Shown piece after piece: positions 42,427 through 57,300 of a stretch of 64,000 nucleotides of DNA. The DNA is from Octopus vulgaris (lineage: Eukaryota), in the NCBI GenBank assembly GCA_951406725.2, contig OX597830.1:14384001-14448000 (forward strand). Reading direction: 5' to 3'. The notes under the pieces are model-generated. The model was given only the letters and a program-made list of their open reading frames with translations, ran no database searches and was not told where the DNA came from. The position numbers and the translations under genes were made by a program. Position 1 is the stretch's first letter. Each line of letters begins with the position of its first letter.

Positions 42427-43693
42427 CAAGGGTTTGATAAAATAATGGAAACACCTTAAGATTTCAAACAAATTAATTTTAGTATGGGGTAGGACCACCT
42501 TTGGCAGTAATTATAGCTTGAATTCTATGACGTATGACCTCGTACAAAGTTTGAATTGTTTCCAAAGGAATTTCTGTCCATTCTTCAGCTAAAACAATCT
42601 CTAGTTCTTGTAGTGATGATGGTGGAGGATATCGACTCCTTATTATTTGTTAAATGCACCATAAATGTTCAAGAATATTGAGATCTGGGGCCTGTGTTAG
42701 CCAGATAAGATGTTCAACTTTACTAGAATGTTCCTCGTGCCATTCAGTAACAATTTTAGCTGTGTGAATTGGTGCATTATCATCCTGAAAGATTGCGTTT
42801 TCCTCGGGAAACAGTTCCGCAACCATAGGATGAATTTGATCATAAAATGCTTAAAAAGTCTTGACTATTAAACCTGTCATGAAAGGAAACTTTCCGGTGG
42901 ATTTCCAAGATATAACCTCCCAGATCATCACATATCCTCCTTTATGTTTAACAGTTGGAATAAGGCAATATGGGTCAAATGCCATTTTTTGGCTGTCTCA
43001 ACACGCATACTCGGCCCGTGGTCGGCAATAAGGTAAAGGATGACACATCTGCAAAAATAACATTCTTCCACTGCTCTAGAGACCAATTCCGTAGGTTTTT
43101 ACTCCACTCCAAACGCTTTACAACGTTTGTTTCTGAAAGTAGTGGTTTTTTGATTGCATCTCTCCCGTGAAATCCGGTTTTGTGCAGCTCTCGGCGAACG
43201 GTTTTTGTAGAAACTGGGTTCTTGAGTTGGTCATTAAACTCTGCAGTGATTTTGAGAGCTATACTTTTCTGATACTTTATAAGAATTCGCGTAAGAGTCC
43301 GACTGTCTCTATCTGAATATTTTGGTTTTCTTCTGGAGTTTTGTTTCGATGAGGAGGTTTTTCCCTCTTTCTCAAAGGCTATCATTACTTTCGGGACAGT
43401 ACTTCTTGACACATCAAACATTTCGACTGTTTTCGTTACGCTAGTGCCTAACATAGGAGCACGAACAGTTTGACCTCTTTGAATATCCGATAGATCTGTC
43501 ACTTTAATGAATTTTAATTATCTTTTTCTGATGATACCTGAAGGGAAACAGCAATTTTAGCAAAACATATTAAGCATCACTAATAATAAATTTAAAAAAA
43601 CATAACAATAAACAATATTTTGACGGTTTTATAGATATTTCAAAATTATGATGCTATGATACTAGGCGTTTCCATTATTTTGTCCAAACCCTC
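42427..43693 (-). mobile_element. Tc1-like DNA transposon, full length, inactivated transposase
   Basis: TIRs CAAGGGTTTGATAAAATAATGGAAACACCT / AGGCGTTTCCATTATTTTGTCCAAACCCTC with TA TSD. ORF 43502-42975 (HTH, WKNVIFADVSSF) continues past stops to QDDNAPIH...PDLNILEHLW (DDE). Confidence 0.92.
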
Positions 43694-43902
43694 TATATAT
43701 GTATAAGCATATCGACGGATTCAATTACTCTATATCCTCTTTTGTCTTCTGTTACTTGTTTCAGTTATTAGTCAGCGCCCATCCTGGGCCACCACCTTGG
43801 ATTTTAGTCGAACGAATAGACCAAGCCGCTAAGTTACGAGGACATAAACACGCTAACACCGCAAATATATGTATGTACATATATGTATGTATGCATATAT
43901 AT

Positions 43903-43939
<37 letters not shown>

Positions 43940-43940
<1 letters not shown>

Positions 43941-44920
43941 TCGGTTTAAGTAATTGAGATTCAAGTGAGTTCCAATGAATTCACATGAATATGGTCCTTA
44001 ACTAGGATGCACCGCAAATCTACATGGTGTTAACCATACGACAAGTGGGGTGATTACAAATAGGAAAAAAGCAACAAGAATGGATTAAATTATCGGTACA
44101 ATTGTTTCGTACGAGGACATCTTTAATAAGCTACAAAAAAATGCACGATAAGACTGTCACTTTGCTTCTTACTCGGATTCTCAGAAATTTCGCACGATTG
44201 TATCCAAAATTTCTTCACATAACTTCATTAACAATTCACTATGAACTATATATGGACATGCACATATTCTGTAAGTTCAAGACCTTTCATCGGATCTCCA
44301 GGAATCGAACTTCTCTGTGATTCTTGTAAATTTCAATAACAATCTGTTCCTCTACACGATAAGACTGTCACTTTGCTTCTTACTCGGATTCTCAGAAATT
44401 TCGCACGATTGTATCCAAAATTTCTTCACATAACTTGATTAACAATTCACTATGAACTATATATGGACATGCACATATTCTGTAAGTTCAAGACCTTTCA
44501 TCGGATCTCCAGAAATCGAACTTCTCTGTGATTCTTGTAAATTTCAATAACAATCTGTTCCTCTACACGATAAGACTGTCACTTTGCTTCTTACTCGGAT
44601 TCTCAGAAATTTCGCACGATTGTATCCAAAATTTCTTCACATAACTTGATTAACAATTCACTATGAACTATATATGGACATGCACATATTCTGTAAGTAC
44701 AAGACCTTTCATCGGATCTCCAGGAATCGAACTTTCTTCAATGCAGTTAAACTCACACCCTCATTTGTATCTACCCCTTTTGATGTTTGGGAATCACTGA
44801 TGTTTTTTAGGCTGACGAGTACGAGCCATCTATATTTACTGCATTTTTTGTAGCTTATTAAAGATGTCCTCGTACGAAACAATTGTACCGATAATTTAAT
44901 CCATTCTTGTTGCTTTTTTC
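43940..44920 (+). mobile_element. Penelope-like pLTR remnant: inverted partial copy, 3 x ~210-bp tandem units, hammerhead
   Basis: ~80-bp inverted repeat (44065-44144 vs 44840-44920) flanking near-identical tandem units at 44143-44735; bounded by (TA)n. Confidence 0.7.
44810..44889 (+). ncRNA. Type I hammerhead ribozyme motif with extended helix II (intact core)
   Basis: GG-CTGACGA-GTACGAG...CTCGTAC-GAAAC-aatt-GTA-CC; palindromic ACAATTGT helix III; inner pairings CATCT/AGATG and CTGCA/TGTAG. Confidence 0.75.
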
Positions 44921-44986
44921 ATATATATATATATAAATATATATATTATACGACTGAACGCCACGAATCCATTCCCAAGTAAATTT

Positions 44987-45026
<40 letters not shown>

Positions 45027-45030
<4 letters not shown>

Positions 45031-45339
45031 GAATTAGAGATAAAACCACTATTATGCAACTCAAACAGTGATAGACATAAACCAATACATACATTACAAA
45101 TAATATATATATTAAATATATAACTTATAACTACATCTCAAAAAGCATAAAATGAATGATAAATATATAATATAATATACTTATTATATTATATATATTT
45201 ATCATTCATTTTATACTTTTTGAAATCTAGTTATATGTTATATATTAAAAAATATATATATATTATTTGTTATTTATGTATTGGTTTATGTATATCACTG
45301 TTTGAGTTGCATAATAGTGGTTTTATCTCTAATTCATAT
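45027..45339. repeat. Long AT-rich palindrome (~150-bp arms, centre ~45180)
   Basis: ATATGAATTAGAGATAAAACCACTATTATGCAACTCAAACAGTGATA... mirrored by ...TATCACTGTTTGAGTTGCATAATAGTGGTTTTATCTCTAATTCATAT. Confidence 0.9.
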
Positions 45340-45422
45340 TTCATATTTTTATGTATTCATACTTTGAAATTTGATTTAATACTAAATTGAATTTTTCCCA
45401 GTAAATTTGGAGTTATACTCCC

Positions 45423-45493
<71 letters not shown>

Positions 45494-45497
45494 GTAT

Positions 45498-45529
<32 letters not shown>

Positions 45530-46124
45530 TCGTGTGTGTGTATGTGTATGTGTGTGTGTTTTCGCCTGTCGCCCGCGAATGCTTGTCAACGGATGAAATC
45601 TTATTTACATACCTCTAATGTATCGATTAGGCAAAAAAGAAGTTGCTGGAATAAGCACCGGAGTTAAAATTTTAAAACATTAGCAGTCTAATGACTAAAA
45701 CATATCAAAGATTAAAGAAAATATACATACGCATAAGCACCAAGTCCCCCACCATCTCCAACACCACCACTACCACACATATCTCCCGGTCAATCATACT
45801 ATATTTGTGCCGTATGATTGTGTGTATGATTTCAATTCCGTTAATCTATTTCGATAAGAGAGCAAGAGATCTCTAATCCTGGCACGAATAAGACGAAAGT
45901 GCTGAACCGAATATTTTGTTTACTGTAAGAAGACTAGCAGATAATATTTTCTACAAGATTTTCTACAACTGGTTATAGGTCTGTAAAAACCTATAAGCAG
46001 TTATTTTAGTCTCAGTTTATACAGTGATGTTGTTAAAATGGTGTCAGGTTTGTTAGGTAGCCTTTCGACTTTTACCCGACTCCAAGTTATTAATTGAAGT
46101 TTGTAAATTTGCTCTTTATCCTCT

Positions 46125-46505
46125 TTTGTCTTCTTTTACTTATTTCAGTGATTAGACAGCGCCCATCCTGGGCCACCACCTTGGGTTTTAGTCGAACGAA
46201 TAGACCAAACCGCTAAGTTACAGGGATGTAGTCACACTAACACCTCTTGTCAAGCAGTGGTGGTGGTTGGAGCAAACACCCATACATACTTACATTCCTC
46301 CCCCCACACCCAGGCATACACACCCACACCCACTCACCCAGACATACACACCCACAACCACTCACCCCCCACACGACAGGCTTGTTTCAAATTAAATCTC
46401 TGAAGACTTTGGTCGGCCAGAGGCCGTAGTAAAAGATACCTGTCCAAGGTGCCAGGCAGTGGGACTGAACCCGGAACTATGTGGTTAGAAAGCAACCTGC
46501 GCCTA
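46125..46505 (-). mobile_element. SINE family A, diverged
   Basis: Matches consensus; related degenerate 3' piece at 43740-43870. Confidence 0.75.
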
Positions 46506-47049
46506 TATAATCGAAATTAAAAGAAGACTTATGTTGTTAGTACAGCATCCAAATTTCCGCCAAATCATCCCTTATTCTCTTAGATAATTAAACGAAGTGT
46601 TAGCCTTTCCTTAAAAGAACAGCATGAGCACGGCTTCAGTGTCTTAGATAAGAAGTTAGGTCTGTCATGCCTGATCAAGGACTAGACAAGAATAATTCTA
46701 TACAGGCACTCCTCGGCTTATACCACCTGCACTTGTGTTCAGTTTATAGTCTCGTACACTTGCAATTTCTCTTGACATTCAGCAGTTATATATCAGCTTC
46801 TTTAGTTACGACGATTTATATTTTCGCGAGAGCAAGTGAACATTCTCTTCGAATTCTTAGATTTCAAAACTCAAAATCAAATACTCTTAAATCCAAAGTC
46901 ATGCGTATCCCCATCATCAAGTTTTCCCTCCTTAAATCATTTCTACATAACAATCACATCGCAAATTTGCGAACCTTCGGGATATTTTCTACAACAAAAA
47001 TGTGAAAGGGAATTTCTTTTTACATCTCTCAATACCACAAGCGAGGAAA

Positions 47050-47475
47050 GGAGGAAGTCACTTCAATTTCGAGGTAAAAATGATCACTAACAACAGGGGA
47101 AAAAATCAGGAATGTCTTCACACGTGATTTACTGTTGTCTCCTTCATCAATATCCAGTGTTATTAAGGGTAAGGGAAGGTTTTTAAACGCTGTAGAATGT
47201 TCAGGTGCATTGCAGACGACGAATTACCGAAGAAGAGACAAGGACATATCTACAAAATGGAGAAATTATTAATGCTCTCGATCGATGACCAAATATAAAT
47301 AAATGAAGCGACAATTTAAAGTAAGGCATCAAGCATTTTTAAATCTTTGAAGAAACAAAAGTGAAAGGAATACGATGGAAACATTGAAACCAGAAATCGT
47401 TTAATCGTTAGAAAAAGGAAAAAAATGTATCTCCATAACGTCCGAGTAACAGGTAAAGCAGCAGAAGGCGATGTA
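47050..47475 (+). pseudogene. pogo/Tigger-like (CENP-B type) transposase N-terminal remnant
   Basis: Broken translation RDLLLSPSSISSVIKGKGRFLNAVECSG...KKRQGHIYKMEKLLMLSIDDQI...SKASSIFKSLK...LHNVRVTGKAAEGD. Confidence 0.7.
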
Positions 47476-48424
47476 TATTAAAACTATGGATAAATTAATC
47501 ACAATTTTTTCCCAACCACTTCAAGGTTTTTCAAATTTTCCCCAGATTATTTTCAGAAAATGTGGTTTTGCATGTTGAGGACGAAAATCGTGTTACTCTT
47601 TTCTAGAAATTGATAATAAAATGTTACAAGCATTTAAAGTCATTTAATTTTAGTCAATGGATAAGCTCAACTGTCAATGTTGTTATAGAAATCAGCATAC
47701 ACAACCTTTACGTGGTCTCTTGACTTGCTTGAAATAGCAGCCAAATCGTCGTTCAATTACACCATACCATCTAAAAAATAACTAAAAGGTAAAATGAACG
47801 ACTGTATAATGTAGTTTGTATTGCTTTTTAAGCTTTTAGAGGCTCAAATTCAGTGCTACAATGACCGTCATTAGCTGGTAACACAAATTTACCCCAGTTT
47901 ACTACAACGGTTGTTTCAAGCTGGTTACCGGTGAATATACATATTTGCAACACTTCTACTTTGAGTGTATTGTATGCATTGTACACTCGTTTATTGATTA
48001 CAAGAAGGGTTTTAAAAACAATATTCTAGATTGTTTTTTTCCCCCTATTTAAAAGTTACCTGTTCGTTTTGCCTTACCACAAAAAATTTCGTTGTAATTC
48101 AAAACAATAATATAATAGTAAGCAAATTACATAAAGAAGGAAAGGAAGAATATATTATGAAGTAAATATAAGGCATAAAAAGACGAAGGAAGCGTGGGAA
48201 ATGCCGCTCCCTCACCATAACCATTACGCCCATTTCGAGTTACATCTAGTGGGGTGCAACACAACCCGATTGTAAGTTCAGAAGTGCCAGTATAGATAAG
48301 TGAAAGAGAAGGCCTCCAGGAGTGTGTACCTAAATATATCCATACGAATGTATGTATTCATCATACATACATACATACATACATACACACACATACATAC
48401 ATGCATATATATATATATATATAT

Positions 48425-48473
<49 letters not shown>

Positions 48474-49799
48474 TGTATGTATGTGTGTGTATGTATATAC
48501 GCGCAGAATACATGCAGGACACACTCATACACATGTTTGTTTGTATGTGTGTATATAAATGTGCACACAAATACTGCTATAATCAATATATTGTATAATC
48601 AATAGATTCTATTTGTTACGAGATTATTGCACCACAGTGGTATATATATATATATATATGGCCTCTGTACAATGCAGTACTAGATGGAAAGATCATAACT
48701 ATTGTTCATACCTCATATCAACAGGAATGTCCACAATACTTCTCATGTTTGCTTCTGTTTTTCTTAAATCTATATTTGCAATAACGAACTATCATCTTCG
48801 TTTTCAGCAACCACAACAAAAACAACAACAACAACAACCATTTCAACATCAACAACGATGATGATTATCATAATAATGATAATAATAATAATGATAATAA
48901 TAATGATGATGATGATTATGATTATGATGACGATGAGATGATAATAATAATTCATTTGTTTAATGCGTCCACAAAAATGGAATTTTAAAGATTTTTAGCC
49001 GGCTTATATTTATCATTTGTGTATGAATGAAGCATAGGGAAAACAGTTAGACAAAAATGTCTTGTTATCAAACTACTTGCTTTTGAAATGAAAATAAACG
49101 TCACAAGAGGAAAAAAAAAGGTTCATTTTTAAAATGTATTTTATTTCTGCTAACAAATAGCGCTTGGCATTGGAACAAATTTATTATTCTAAATATCAGC
49201 CATGAAATCTCATAATTTCATTATTACCACTAGAAATCTCATTAAAATAATATATTATCAAACTGTTTCGTATGTATATCATGAATAAATAATTTAATCA
49301 GCTTTAAAGATTTAAGAATAAACTAATGTACAAGAAGAACAATAGCGGGTGGACGGCAGGGCGATGGCGGTGATGCTGTTGTTAATGGTGATGATGTTAT
49401 TGTTGGGGGCTGTTGGTGGGGTAGTTTGTAAGTATCTCTCCCCACGATATTGACTGGCTTCCTAGCTGCTAGACTTCAGTACTCACACATGAAACATAGG
49501 GTGTGATTGCTTTTAAACGACAATTGTTGTTTCACCTGCTGCTGCTGTTGTTGTCACCGCTGCCGTCGCAGTGAGGGTGGTTGCCATACACAGTATTGTT
49601 AATGTTCTTCTCACTATTATTGTTGCCTTTCATATATTTAAAATTCTAAATACGATTAAATTTATAATGGTAAACTAAGATATGATAATGGAGTATGTCT
49701 TATTAATAATCCATGGATGCCATAGAAATTATATACACCTATAATATATAAATCAATACAAATTTACATGCTCAAAATTCATTATCGGCTTAAATATTT

Positions 49800-50215
49800 A
49801 TATTCAGTCATTCATTCATTCTCTCATTCATTTGTATGTATGTATGTATGTATGTATGTATGTATGTATGTATGTATGTATGTATGTATGTATGATTGTA
49901 TGTATGTATGTATGTATGTATGTATGTATGTATGTATGTATGTATGTATGCATGCATGTATGCATGTATGTATGTATGTATGTATATGTATGTATGCATG
50001 CATGTATGTATGCACATATATATGTGAATATACTTTTGAATGTCTATATATGTATACATATATATATGTATATATACATACACACATGCGTACACGGGCA
50101 CACACATTTTATGTGTTTATACTTTATGTAAATGATTTACTGGCTATGTACAATATGTAAACGTTGTACACATGAACATGCATACATTTTGTGTATGTAG
50201 AATTTTATGTGTATT

Positions 50216-50300
<85 letters not shown>

Positions 50301-50334
50301 CATACATACATACATACATACATACATACATACA

Positions 50335-50366
<32 letters not shown>

Positions 50367-50420
50367 AATATATATATATATGTATATACATACATATATA
50401 TATAAGTGTGTGTATGTATG
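49800..50420. repeat. (TATG)n/(TA)n/(GATA)n/(CATA)n microsatellites
   Basis: Visible runs. Confidence 0.95.
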
Positions 50421-51312
50421 CATGTACTTATGTGTATAGATGTATTTTTTAATGTGTATAAGTGATGAGTATGCATTTGTATCTTTATTTCTTCAAGACT
50501 ATCTAACTAGTAAAAATATTTTATTTTGCTACCCTTACAACGTGCAGATGGTAACTCTTTAAGAACCATTCCTAGAACTTCAAAAGAAAAAAATAGAAAA
50601 GAAAAAGATAACCTTTATTCCAAAAAATTATTAGTCCACACGGACCAGTTTCCGACGAAATGCTGGTCGTATAAGTTATATAAAATCTTGCATTTACTAT
50701 TTTCTGCGCAAACTAATGGGTTGCGACAGTACACTAGATTTCAAAATATACACTGCAACATAAAGTACCTTAGCATAATCCATTGGTACAAAATCCCACC
50801 AGCATCGCCAACTATTTCATTGAATTACACGCCATAATTTCACAACACTTTAACCTTCTCGGAAACATCATCATCGAAGATTTCATTGCTCTTAACAGCT
50901 CGTATTTTCCAAGTAATACAGAAGGAAAGAGAGGTATTTTTATACCATGACATATAGACACCTTTAACATCTGGGGTCCTTTTTTTTATATATGGACCCC
51001 TTTCGTTACTGTTTTATTCTGGTGGACCCCCATAGTCATTCGATGTTTAAAAACTAATTTTTTAGAAACTTCTCTCAAATTTCTTTTTTTACATATTAAC
51101 CCGTGTAGCTTGAACTATTTAAAATATTAGAGACAGAGACCTAGCCGTTTCTTGCATTACATACCAATACATACATCTAAAGCAAACTTTTTTTAGAGGC
51201 CCTTAAACTACTATTGTGGTTCCTCAATTTGATATTTTGTTGCGTGGAACCCCTAATTTCTTATATGGATCCTCAGGGGCCATAGGAATCCCGAACGAGA
51301 ACTACTGATCCA

Positions 51313-52521
51313 TCAGGTAATTCCATAAGTTCTGTCCGAATTTTGAATAAAGAAAACAAGTGATCAAATGTTTTATTTAATTGAAATTTAATCATCAATG
51401 TATTTTCCCTGATTATCAATAGCTTCCATCTATCTACAAGCTTTTTTATCCCATCAATGTAAAACTCTTTTGGTTTCAAAGCAAAGAACTCTGAAATGTC
51501 AGTTTCGACCTCCTCCCGGCTTGCGAAAGTTATATCCCTCAAATGATTCTGTAAACTACGAAACAAATGGTAGTCTGAAGGAGCAAAGTCGGTAGAATAA
51601 GGTGGATGAGGAATTTTTTCCCAACCTAGCTCATCGATCTTCAGTGGTGTAATCTTTACAGTGTGGGGTCGCGCATTTTCCTGATGAAACATCACTCTTT
51701 TTCGATTCACTAAAGCAGGTCTTTTTTCTTCAAAGCTTGGTTCAAACGCTCTAATTGCTGACAGTAGATTTGAACATTGATTGTTGCATTAGATGGTAAC
51801 AATTCAAAGCGAATTACTCCTTTGCAATCCCACCAGATAGAGAGAAGAACCTTTTTTTCCATGAAGTTCTCTTCCCGGTTGTGGTTGAAATTTTCCCCTT
51901 TTACCAAGCCACTGTTTATCACGTTTAACATTTCGATAGAAGATCCATTTTTTATCACCAATCACAAGCCAATCCAGAAAGGATGAAATGATTTCGCGAG
52001 AATGGAGAGAAGAGCAGATGTCAACTCGGGACTTGTGGTTGCTTTCAGACAATTCATGAGGCACCCATTTTCCTAGCTTAGAAACCTTTCCAAGTTGTTG
52101 AAGATGACGACGAACAGTTGTATGGTTTGAACTAAACTTTATTGCCAATTCTTTAACTGATAACGCAGGATTTTCTTCAAGTAATGCCTCAAAGAACTTA
52201 TCATCAAACTCAACTGGACGTCCTTTTATTTTTTCCCATAAACTGAGTGTATGTTTCGAGTCGCTTCGGTTGCTGAGGTTCCTTTTTTTGTACTCATAAA
52301 GCAGTATGTGCCTCAAATGCTCTTTGGATACTTCCATGTTAGAAAGGATTTTAATCAAAGAAAATTTAATTCTATTATTCTGTAAAATAATATTTAATTA
52401 GTTTAAATGTACACAAATGCATAAAAAGGATTTTTAATTCCATTAGACATTCTAAAATATCATTAAATGGCATTCCATTTTAAAAAAGGTAAAATCGGAC
52501 AGAACTTATGGGATGACCTGA
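51313..52521 (-). mobile_element. mariner DNA transposon, full length, frameshifted transposase
   Basis: TIRs TCAGGTAATTCCATAAGTTCTGTCCGA / TCGGACAGAACTTATGGGATGACCTGA. ORF pieces WVPHELSE, IGDKKWIFY, HQENARPH and HPPYSTDFAPSDYHLFRSL are mariner motifs. Confidence 0.93.
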
Positions 52522-52539
52522 CACATTGTAAATGACCTA

Positions 52540-53911
52540 CACTAAACACTCATGTCCACCAAAAGCAATTGCAACAGCTCTTTCCAAACATTTCCGGCTC
52601 AAAATCCATTCACAACACCAACTTCTAATTTAGTAACTAAATACTAAATATTGAACGAATTCTACCACGAAGAGAAAAAAATAGATTATATTCTTAATAC
52701 CATCTATATCAGCTTTTGATCCATTCCCCGCTATCTGCTCATCCGAAAATACTTAACACTTCCCGAAGAAATTGCTTATCTTCACGTCAAACTTACAACA
52801 TGTGAAATGCACAAAAAGTACGCTTAAAGAACCCGCAAGTTTCGAAATGGGTGGATACAACCCTTCTCAGTCTTTTTAAATTATACTTACACGACTATCA
52901 CACAATTCCACACAACATCCCGTAGACAATCCCGTAGGCAGATGACATCATATTCACATCCTCCCGTTACTACCCATAAATTATCACTCAACTACTCACA
53001 AACTTACTTAAATTACTAAGACACCTACTTGCATAACAACACACTTAAAGTAATACCTATCGAATTCACTGTCTTTGAGTATTAAATGAAATGATGTCTT
53101 CAACACTAACGGAGCAAGCACCCAGAACATAAAGATACATACAACTTTTTTACAATATTCTCAGTACACATCGAGGATTTTGAAAAGTAACATAGAAACA
53201 CACTTAGACCAATTATAGGTAGAATATTTGATTAATAGAAAGAGAAAAAAAACAAGCATGTTGTGCTGGCAGAAACGTTAGCACGCCGGGTGAAATGCTT
53301 AGCGGTATTTCGTCTGCCGTTACGTTCTGAGTTCAAATTCCGCCGAGGTTGACTTTGCCTTTCATCCTTTCGGGGTCGATAAATTAAGTACCAGTTACGC
53401 ACTGGGGTCGATGTAATCGACTTAATCTGTTTCTCTGTCCTTGTTTGTCCTCTCTGTGTTTAACCCCTTGTGGGTAGTAAAGAAATATATATTAAAATCA
53501 CCATGGACTATAACAATGTTGCTTGGAACCCTATTCTTTCTACAACAAACAACAACACACTACAAGGGGTACAAAGAGAACACAATGAATCACATCAGTT
53601 TATTCGCTATCCACTTTGAATTTTAAAAATACCTAAATAAGAAACGGCTACTAACAGAACCCGAGGCTAAACATATATAAGAACAATCTGGATAGTGTAC
53701 AGGACACTATACGCTCACATCGTCACACTGAACCCCTTGTGATTCCCCATTGCCTGTTGGAGTGTTCCGTATGGTCCTCGATTAGATGGAAACGCGGCCT
53801 GACTAGAAAGCAGGCTGTGTGGTGTTTAGACCATGTTCGTCGGGCCCACTATGTGTCATAGAGTACTTGATGCAAGCTGACAATATCATCATCATTCACA
53901 TAAACAACGCC

Positions 53912-53943
<32 letters not shown>

Positions 53944-53949
53944 CAATAA

Positions 53950-53950
<1 letters not shown>
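52540..53950 (+). pseudogene. Degenerate I/Jockey-group LINE (RT to 3' tail); probably continues upstream at 50540-50930
   Basis: *ADDIIFTS (decayed YADD) at ~52935; MDYNNVAWNPILSTTNNNTLQGVQR at ~53502; ends in (AAC)n/(ATC)n. Confidence 0.55.
53265..53487 (+). mobile_element. SINE family C monomer
   Basis: GCTGGCAGAAACGTTAGCACGCCGGG...GAGTTCAAATTCCGCC...GGGTAGTAAAGAAATA; matches the array unit. Confidence 0.9.
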
Positions 53951-53996
<46 letters not shown>

Positions 53997-56095
53997 CCAA
54001 AATCATAACAGTACCAGCGTTGTTGGCATAGTCGTTGTTGTAGTCGTGGTGGTCGTTGTCGTCATCATCATCATGAGTAACAAAAACAACAACAAAAATG
54101 TGTTGTATTTACTTTCATTTATTTGCTGTCAATTCTAGGATTTTTTCATTTTTTTTTTTTGAAAGCTTTCTGATGATGCCGTTCCACAATCAGGTTTTTC
54201 TATAGTTTGTCAACAATATCTCAGTACTTAAAAATATGGCCGAATTTTAGAACTTGACCTTCAGGCTGTTGATATATGTATTTGAGTTTTTGCTTGTGTC
54301 TATTTTATTTTTGCACTTGCCTTTTTAAAATTGTTTAGTTGGCCATCACAAATGACTCTCTATGTTTGGTTGAAGAAGAAATCAAGATGAAATAGTTATC
54401 TCTGACCAGACGACTGCTCCAGATAATTCCAACAGAGTGGATTCTGTTCAAGTCACGCAAAAGCCAATGGTGGTGGTGTTTAACACAATCAAGAACTCAT
54501 TCAGTTCATCCTACACGTTTTTGTATATTTTTCTGTCAATCTAACTTCTCTCACAAAGATGTAAACGGCCTAAAGCTATAGCAGACACTTGAGCCATGTT
54601 TCGCGTGGGTTTATGTGTCTGTATTTGTGTATATGTATGTGTACGTGCGTGTGTGAGTGCATTAGTACATAGGTGTTTCTGTGTCTGTATGCGTATGTGC
54701 CGAATTAATTATGTACGTCCAATTTCATCTCAATCATAATCTAATTTTTAGTTCAGAAAACTTAATTATTTTTCACAAGTCTTTAATAAAATGATGGACG
54801 TAACAAACTTTTGTGTTACCCGGGGGGGCATTATTAATCTAGTTGAAATTTTTCACATGTAGGCCATGCTTGTGTCCTATGAGTCTCTAATATGTATCAT
54901 ATATAGTCTACCGCGCTATAATGAGTCTCGGCTATTTCTTTGATTAGGTTTTGTGTGTAAGAATGTCAGATTTTGGTCAAATGTTTTTATCATAATTGTA
55001 GTTGCTTCTCCCTGATAGTGACTAAAATAATTACATTGTTTGAAGTGATTACACTGTTACAGGTATTTTAGGGTCACAAGAGGATCGGCCGTTAACTTGT
55101 ACACTTCATCCGAGGGAGGCAATGAAGATTGAATAACACTTCGTCTACAGAAGCTTACCCTCTGCGGCCTCCTATTAACGAACCCCGACCTGGACTGGTC
55201 GGAGCTTCCATGGCTATCTCTCTCTCTAGAATCTCTCTTCTGTTGTTTGGAATCCAAACAAATTTTCTTCGAGAAATATCACTCTGATATTACTAGGAAA
55301 CTAGGACAGCCGAATTCAATAGAGAATGAGGCTGTGTGTTATCTTTGGACAAGATCCTCATCAACAAAGTCCAAGTTCTTGGCTTTCCTCAACTTGTACC
55401 ATCCGTCTGTCACTGGTGGTTATTTCAGACGTAATTTCCTTCTCTAATTCACTCGTTTTCAGCCCCAAACGGGATGAACAGATCCGTTCTCGATACTGCA
55501 GTTTGCCTTCCGGCCCTAGCCCTCGTTCGACAAGGAAGCAGTTCTAAGTCCCTGAAAAATAGACTTCCGGTACTATGAGGTACTTTGCGTTGCTGTGGCC
55601 ATTCTTTGTATTTAGGTTTTCCTCATCCTTAAAGAATATTCCACCATTATTGATGCATCACCATTTGGTTTCATGGTCCTGTCCTGCTACATCGTACCTC
55701 ATAATCGTAATACCGTTGAACCAACTTTTATAGCAGAATGCTTCAGGGTACTAGCCCTAACATGGTTTTGTGCACTCTTGCCAGATTCTCATCCCTTCAT
55801 GTAAGTCAGTAAATCATCACCTATCATATACGGACCTTAGGCAATGGTCACAACAGATATAATATATCTTATAACAACAAAATACCCTTACTGTGTACAA
55901 CTTTTGAATTTCTTCCAGGCTCTGTGCAATCAATCAACTTTGGAGAATTTCTCAAACAGCTAAAACAATGGTGTTAAAGCGCGTGGGCGCACGCCCACAC
56001 TCACAAACCCCCACATACGTACTTCCATACACATTCGCACACATACACATATAAGCATACGCACACACACATACACACACAAATAAATGCATATA

Positions 56096-56130
<35 letters not shown>

Positions 56131-56279
56131 TTGTTTTCCACCTGCCTTCGTCTTCTGTTTATTTTCATAAAGCTTCCCGTTATATATACACACACATATA
56201 TATATTATATATATTTAATATATATGTATATATGCACGCACACACACACACACACACATACATATTCTTTCCTTCTTGT

Positions 56280-56845
<566 letters not shown>

Positions 56846-57109
56846 ATAAACATAATATATATTTGTGTCTATATGTGCGTGAGCCCGTGTGTGCGGGAGG
56901 TATGTAGCGACATATATGGAGAGCAAAGCGACTGCTCTTTCTTTTTACATTAAATTTTTACTCAGCTCTGTCGTATTTGGAGTTGTTTTTATTAGTTGTA
57001 GAGCATCAATAATGGTTACGAGTGATTAGATCACTCTCTACAATCAGTTAATTTATAAAAAAAAAACAGGAAAAATATTTCCAATGAACCCATCACATTT
57101 CCGATGCGT

Positions 57110-57300
57110 CTCCAAAGTCCATCCCCTCCTCACCGTGGTGGGGACGCTGGCAACGGGTAGTGTCAGAGCTATGCCGTCGGGAACTTCGGTTCCTGGTAGG
57201 GCCAACCAAGGCGGATTGGTCTGACACCGAGTGGTATTAGGGCCACAACCCGGCAGACGGGGCTCTGATGAAAATCCTCGGAGTGTCTGTTTCGGCAACC
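57110..57300 (+). mobile_element. RTE-clade LINE 5' UTR-like segment
   Basis: CCGTGGTGGGG...GAGCTATGCCGTCGGG...CCTGGTAGGGCCAACCAAGGCGGATTGGTC resembles the recalled 5' UTR of RTE/BovB/Expander elements. Confidence 0.5.

Noticed and set aside
55050-55960. Complex-sequence block, possibly a coding exon or LINE
   Set aside because: Stops in all frames examined and no motif I could recognise.
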